Positions 57,656-64,000 of a DNA stretch of 64,000 nt are shown one piece after another (position 1 is the first letter of the stretch; every line of letters begins with the position of its first letter). Source of the stretch: a bacterium (lineage in GTDB: Bacteria > Patescibacteriota > Minisyncoccia > Phycocordibacterales > UBA6899). Location of the stretch: positions 71,338 through 135,337 of the forward strand of contig JAJZQJ010000001.1 in the NCBI GenBank assembly GCA_021851895.1, given 5' to 3'. Under the pieces are notes generated by a model that saw only the letters and a program-made list of their open reading frames with translations, had not been told where the DNA came from and did no database searches. The position numbers and the translations under genes were made by a program.

Positions 57656-57690
57656 CCCATAATTCGCCCTTTTCTAAGAGAAAAAGCGCC
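57656..57690. terminator. Bidirectional terminator downstream of groEL
   Basis: gagAAAAAGCGCCgtgGCGCTTTTTctag. Confidence 0.6.
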
Positions 57691-57702
57691 GTGGCGCTTT
57701 TT

Positions 57703-59367
<1,665 letters not shown>

Positions 59368-59374
59368 TTAAAGA

Positions 59375-59698
59375 TTACTTATCAATGATCGCATAGATAT
59401 TTGCTTCGCTGAGCAAAACATACTCGACGGCCTCAAGTGTGAGATCCTCGACATCGTAACCGCGTTTGAAATAGACCTCATCACCGACACGCACATCGAG
59501 CGCAACGCGCTCGCCATCATTATTGCGACGTCCATTCCCCACCGCGACAACTTTTCCTTTTTCGATCTTCTGCTCATCGTCCTTCTTGGAGAGAATGATT
59601 CCTGAGGCGGTCTTCTGCTCACCCTTCTTACTTTCAGGGAGAATGAGTACTCGATCGGCGAGTAATGAGATATTTAATGTATGCTTATCTTTTCTCAT
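59375..59698 (-). CDS. groS: Co-chaperonin GroES
   Basis: LNISLLADRVLILPESKK...GKVVAVGNGRR..., mobile loop; 13-nt spacer to groEL. Confidence 0.9.
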   Translation of the reverse strand: MRKDKHTLNISLLADRVLILPESKKGEQKTASGIILSKKDDEQKIEKGKVVAVGNGRRNNDGERVALDVRVGDEVYFKRGYDVEDLTLEAVEYVLLSEANIYAIIDK

Positions 59699-59856
59699 AT
59701 GTGCAATATATACCTTATAGAAGGTGAGCGTATTATAGCCAGCACACCACTTCTAGGCAAGGGATATATGAGCGAACAAACAGCAGAAAACTGCATATTG
59801 ACTCCAGTAACATCTTGTGTAAGAGTATTGCAAGGAACAATGACAAGGAGCTCCTT

Positions 59857-60111
59857 ATGGCACCACTCGGAACCAGCGACCAGGTCAAGCAGTGCATCAT
59901 CTCCGGCACCGACACCGAGAAGCACCTGATGAAGGAGCTGCTCAGCGTCACCCAAAAGAACGGCGACGTACACCGCGCCCTCGTCTGCACCTCCTGCGGT
60001 GCGAGCGTCACCACCGTGACCGACAAGAACGGCCTCACGCTCAGCCCTGCTGTCCCGTTCGCCTGGGCCAAGTGCCTCGACGACGAGCGGGATCGCTGGA
60101 ATCGCCGTTAA
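59857..60111 (+). CDS. Small Cys-containing hypothetical protein in second GC-rich islet (84 aa)
   Basis: AAGGAG 7 nt before the ATG at 59857; codon usage GC3-rich like 53152-54439; MAPLGTSDQVKQCIISGTDTEKHLMKELLSVTQKNGDVHRALVCTSCGAS...; terminator CACCCGCATAcatgtTATGCGGGTttttt follows. Confidence 0.45.
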   Translation: MAPLGTSDQVKQCIISGTDTEKHLMKELLSVTQKNGDVHRALVCTSCGASVTTVTDKNGLTLSPAVPFAWAKCLDDERDRWNRR

Positions 60112-60231
60112 CAAGGCCATCCACCCGCATACATGTTATGCGGGTTTTTCTGACCCCGAGAAGGTGGCGAGGGCTTTGGTAAGCCGATAGAGCACTTGCG
60201 AAATACCCCGTTCTATGTATAATAGGAGTAC

Positions 60232-60471
60232 ATGGAACTTCAGCAGTCACTGCAATTGGCAGACATCATTCTCTCAGTCCTCATCATTGCCCTCATCCTT
60301 CTCCAGCGCTCTGGAGCCGATGTTGGTAGCGCATTTGGCGGAGGCGATAATTCAGGAAACGTCACATATACACGCCGTGGTTTTGAGCAGGTACTCTTCG
60401 TAGCATCTATCATTGCCGGCGTCCTCTTTGTGCTCCTCAATCTCGCACTCCTCAAGTATCCTCTTGCATAA
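60232..60471 (+). CDS. secG: Preprotein translocase subunit SecG
   Basis: ILSVLIIALILLQRSGADVGSAFGGGDNSG...RRG.EQVLFVASIIAGVLFVLLNL; TATAAT-AGGAG-ATG upstream. Confidence 0.8.
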   Translation: MELQQSLQLADIILSVLIIALILLQRSGADVGSAFGGGDNSGNVTYTRRGFEQVLFVASIIAGVLFVLLNLALLKYPLA

Positions 60472-60706
60472 AGAAAAGAGGATATTTTTACGCAAAAAGG
60501 CACTTTTATAGGGTATTCCTCTCATACTTTCGTCGCACCCTCGACAACTTAGGCACTTTTTCGCGAAGAGAATCATGGAACCAACGCGTGACTAACGCGC
60601 CTTTCTGCTATACACGCGCGCTATTCACTTCCTCTTTGTATGGCAAAAGCCATCATATGGTTTCTCGATAGGCTCAAGCATCGAACCATAGGGCTCGCAC
60701 ATTTCC

Positions 60707-62476
60707 ATGCTTATACACACTCCTTATTGGCTTGTGAACCTTCAAACATCTACTTCAAACACTTCACGGACGCGCTTATTCGAAAAGATACTCGCTCTCC
60801 CGTCCTCACTCAGAGTGCTCGGATTCTTTGCATCACTCATACTTGCGATCAGCACATTCTTCATCATCACCCACGTCATCGATGCACGCTTCTTTGTAAG
60901 CGTACCTGAACAAGGCGGACGATTGACCGAAGGTGATGTCGGTAGGCCAAGACTCATTAATCCTATCTTCGCAAAGACCGAAGTCGATCGTGACCTCTCC
61001 GCACTCCTTTACTCTGGACTCATGCGACCAGTCGGTAATGAACTCGTTCCCGACCTCGCTTCAGGTTATACCGTAAGTGAAGATGGGAAGACTTACACCT
61101 TCACGCTCAGAAACGATGCAACATTCCACGACGGAACGCCAGTCACCGCCAACGATGTGCTCTTTACTGTGGACCACATAAAGAATAAAGGTCTTCCAAC
61201 AAAAAGTCCTCTCGCACCAAACTTCCTCGGAGTGACCGCGACCTCCACCGATCCACATACGGTGATATTCACCCTAGAGCAGCCCTATGCGGCATTTCTC
61301 GAATCACTCACCTTCGGAATTCTTCCTAAACACATCTGGGAGACGGTAGGTACAGACGATTTCGACCAGACGATCTTCAACCTGGAACCGATCGGCTCAG
61401 GACCGTATAAGTTTAAAAGCGTTGAGCGTGATGCGCAGACGGGACTCGCCAAGAGATATGTTCTCGAGGCATTCCCAGGATACGTCCACGGTAAACCGCT
61501 CATCAGTGAATTCGATTTCTATTTCTACGGCAACGAGGATGAACGAATGAACGCATACAAGAATGGGGAGATCGGGCAAATGGCAGGTATCCAAACTTCC
61601 TATGCGCGTGATATCGCAAGTTCAGGAGCACCCGTGCTTTCCGCACAGATGCCACGTATCTTCGGTATCTACCTCAACGAATCAAAGGTCTCCCTATTTA
61701 ACGATGATGTTGTACGCGAGGCACTCGATAGCACGATTCCACGCAAAGACATCGCCGCAAAAGTCTTCTTTGGTTATGCAAACCCAGAGGTAGGACCATT
61801 CCCTGGCCTCGCTCGTCCAGATAACGATCCCGAAGACAAGCACCTCCTTGCAGCACAAGCGATGCTCGAGAAGGACGGCTGGATAAAGAATGCTTCAGGG
61901 GTCTACGAAAAGACAGATAAGAAGACAAAGCAAACACAAACACTTGCATTCGCGATATCACTCCCCGACATACCTGAGCTTACCGAAAGTGCACAATTGA
62001 TCGAAGCATCTTGGAAAGTACTTGGAGCGCAGGTCGAACTAAAGACCTATGACCTCGGTACATTCACGAGTGACATACTCGCTTCAAGAAACTTTGACGC
62101 TGTATTCTTCGGACAGGTAACGGGGCGTGATCCCGACCCATATCCATTCTGGCATTCAAGCCAAAAGACACGTGGGACGAATATCGCACAGTATGCAAAT
62201 AAGAAAGTCGATGCGAAGATCAACGATCTCTCGCACACGATCGACCCCGCGAGCCGTGCAGTCATCCTCAGTGACATCAATGCGATGATCATGGCGGATA
62301 GGCCAGCATTGTTCGCTTACAGTCCAGGTTTCGTCTATGTAACCGATAGAAATGTGCGCGGGATCCAACTCCCCCTCATGACCACAGCGGCAGAACGCTT
62401 CTCGGGCATCGAACACTGGTACACTTCCAGCGAACGCGTCTGGAAATTCCTCTCAAAAAACAAAGCAGCAGAATAG
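60707..62476 (+). CDS. ABC-type peptide/nickel substrate-binding protein (SBP_bac_5 family), membrane-anchored, orphan
   Basis: N-terminal TM anchor, then GYTVSEDGKTYTFTLRNDATFHDGTPVTANDVLFTV and the overall family-5 SBP architecture. Confidence 0.75.
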   Translation: MLIHTPYWLVNLQTSTSNTSRTRLFEKILALPSSLRVLGFFASLILAISTFFIITHVIDARFFVSVPEQGGRLTEGDVGRPRLINPIFAKTEVDRDLSALLYSGLMRPVGNELVPDLASGYTVSEDGKTYTFTLRNDATFHDGTPVTANDVLFTVDHIKNKGLPTKSPLAPNFLGVTATSTDPHTVIFTLEQPYAAFLESLTFGILPKHIWETVGTDDFDQTIFNLEPIGSGPYKFKSVERDAQTGLAKRYVLEAFPGYVHGKPLISEFDFYFYGNEDERMNAYKNGEIGQMAGIQTSYARDIASSGAPVLSAQMPRIFGIYLNESKVSLFNDDVVREALDSTIPRKDIAAKVFFGYANPEVGPFPGLARPDNDPEDKHLLAAQAMLEKDGWIKNASGVYEKTDKKTKQTQTLAFAISLPDIPELTESAQLIEASWKVLGAQVELKTYDLGTFTSDILASRNFDAVFFGQVTGRDPDPYPFWHSSQKTRGTNIAQYANKKVDAKINDLSHTIDPASRAVILSDINAMIMADRPALFAYSPGFVYVTDRNVRGIQLPLMTTAAERFSGIEHWYTSSERVWKFLSKNKAAE

Positions 62477-62530
62477 TGGCGCACACTAAAACCTCCACAA
62501 TCATTCTCTGACATTCGAATAATTAAATCT

Positions 62531-64000
62531 ATGGAAAACAATACTCAACAAAACAGAGCGCCAAATGCCGCAGCACCACAGCGTGCACGCCCACCTCAGG
62601 GTCATGGAAACAGGCCAGGACAGCATCGTGCGCAGTCACGCATGCCACGCAACAATGCACGCGACGGGCATCGCCAAGGACAGCACACTGGGCATGCACG
62701 TACAGGTAATCACTTCGAAAAGACGCGTGATCGCGTACTCGATGTGCGCTACGAGAAAGCCGGTGAGCAAAAGAAGCGCAAGGAAATACCTGCTCTCGCA
62801 AAGAATGACGTACGCGTCATCATCTTCTCAGGAGTTCAGGAGATCGGCCGTAATATGGCTGCAGTCGAATACGGCGATGACATCATCATCGTTGACTGTG
62901 GTTTGCAGTTCAAGGACGAGACTACACCCGGAATCGACTACATCCTCCCGAATACGACGTACCTGGAGGAGCGCAAGGACAGGATCCGCGGCGTGTTCAT
63001 CACGCACGGACACTTGGATCATACCGGCGGACTCCCCTATATTCTCCCTCGTATCGGTAACCCTCCAGTATATGCACGTAAATTGACGAGCATGCTCGTC
63101 AAGAAGCGTCATGACGAATTCCCATCTCTTCCACCACTTGACCTTCGTGTCGTGGAGACAGAGGACGTTGTTCGTTTCAAGGATCTCGCGATTCGCTTCT
63201 TCAAGGTGACCCACACCATCCCCGACTCGATGGGTGTCATGATCGACACACCACACGGAACGATCATTCACACTGGAGACCTCAAACTCGACCACCACGG
63301 CGGTATCGCGACCGAGGAAGAAGAGCGTACCTACAGTAAGTTCAAGAATGAAAAGATCCTTCTCCTCATGTCGGACTCGACGAACTGCCAAAAGGCGGGA
63401 TTCTCGATCCCTGAGCCAACAGTGCACGTGACGATCGAAAAGCTCATAAAAGAGGCTCATGGTCGCGTCATCGTTGCAACCTTTGCATCGCTCTTGGAAC
63501 GCATCATTAAGGTGATCGAATTCGCGGATACGCATGGAAAGAAGATCTGTATCGATGGTCGCTCAATGAAGACGAATATAGAGCTCGCACAGAAGGCAGG
63601 TATCTTCACGCTCAAGCCGGGAACGGTCATCCCTGTCGAGGATCTCGACAAGTATCCACCAGACAGAGTTGTCATGCTCGTTACTGGTGCTCAGGGCGAC
63701 GAATTCGCTGTACTCATGCGCATCGCAATGAAGAAGCATCGCCAAGTGAAGATCAAGGATGGAGATACTATTCTCTTCTCATCATCGGTCGTTCCAGGAA
63801 ACGAGCGTGCAGTGCAGAAGCTCAAGGATCTCCTCTCTCGCCAAGGTGCGAAGATCGTCCACTATGAGACTTCCGATGTCCACTCATCAGGTCACGCATA
63901 TCGCGATGAATCACTCTGGATCATCAGCAAGATCTCGCCGCGATTCTTCGTTCCACTTCACGGATATCACTACATGTTGCGTTCACACGTTGATATCGCT
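62531..64000 (+). CDS. rnj: Ribonuclease J (partial, continues past window end) with ~90-aa basic N-terminal extension
   Basis: Frame verified: VRVIIFSGVQEIGRNMAAVEYGDDIIIVDCGLQF...RIRGVFITHGHLDHTGGLPYIL (metallo-beta-lactamase motif II) ...HTGDLKLD. N-terminus MENNTQQNRAPNAAAPQRARPPQGHGNRPGQHRAQSRMPRNNARDGHRQGQH. The ORF track shows only out-of-frame fragments here. Confidence 0.85.
   Translation, partial: MENNTQQNRAPNAAAPQRARPPQGHGNRPGQHRAQSRMPRNNARDGHRQGQHTGHARTGNHFEKTRDRVLDVRYEKAGEQKKRKEIPALAKNDVRVIIFSGVQEIGRNMAAVEYGDDIIIVDCGLQFKDETTPGIDYILPNTTYLEERKDRIRGVFITHGHLDHTGGLPYILPRIGNPPVYARKLTSMLVKKRHDEFPSLPPLDLRVVETEDVVRFKDLAIRFFKVTHTIPDSMGVMIDTPHGTIIHTGDLKLDHHGGIATEEEERTYSKFKNEKILLLMSDSTNCQKAGFSIPEPTVHVTIEKLIKEAHGRVIVATFASLLERIIKVIEFADTHGKKICIDGRSMKTNIELAQKAGIFTLKPGTVIPVEDLDKYPPDRVVMLVTGAQGDEFAVLMRIAMKKHRQVKIKDGDTILFSSSVVPGNERAVQKLKDLLSRQGAKIVHYETSDVHSSGHAYRDESLWIISKISPRFFVPLHGYHYMLRSHVDIA

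Noticed and set aside
59699-59856. Looked for a CIRCE/HrcA operator (TTAGCACTC-N9-GAGTGCTAA) upstream of groES
   Set aside because: It is not present. Only a sigma70-like TTGCCT-17-TATAAT is seen, so there is no claim of HrcA control.

Overview
This is a 64-kb chromosomal segment of moderate GC with short intergenic spacers. Most genes sit on the minus strand. The architecture fits a small-genome bacterium of the CPR/Patescibacteria (Saccharibacteria-like) type, but that is inference from gene content and style only, not from any search.

The housekeeping backbone I can read from the translations is: bipA/typA, a YjjX-type ITP/XTPase, dnaG-rpoD, rpoB-rpoC, lepA, murJ, RNase P RNA, gap, gatB, bcp, obg, a MYG1-family protein, a MutY-like glycosylase, tRNA-Ser(GGA), htpX-lemA, groES-groEL, secG, and rnj (partial, runs off the 3' edge).

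The accessory content is more interesting. (1) The window opens with three tandem, divergent paralogs of a type IV prepilin N-terminus fused to a 7-8-blade beta-propeller repeat domain, separated by a duplicated promoter+terminator cassette with compensatory hairpin changes. This is the strongest candidate for an undescribed surface/host-interaction module. (2) Three strongly GC-rich islets (53.15-54.44 kb, 59.86-60.11 kb, and the non-coding 47.90-48.31 kb next to tRNA-Ser) have codon usage foreign to the rest of the window. (3) Two paralogous ~90-nt structured intergenic elements share a conserved 5' block. (4) A copper-flavoured two-component cluster carries two cupredoxins. (5) Two further sensor-kinase loci are present. 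(6) A dispersed family of short G-rich tandem repeats sits at terminators. (7) Several proteins carry unusual low-complexity basic N-terminal extensions (RpoD, Bcp, RNase J, a methyltransferase). (8) Several genes have a -10 box 4-7 nt from the ATG, suggesting leaderless mRNAs.

No CRISPR array, transposase, integrase or rRNA was seen.
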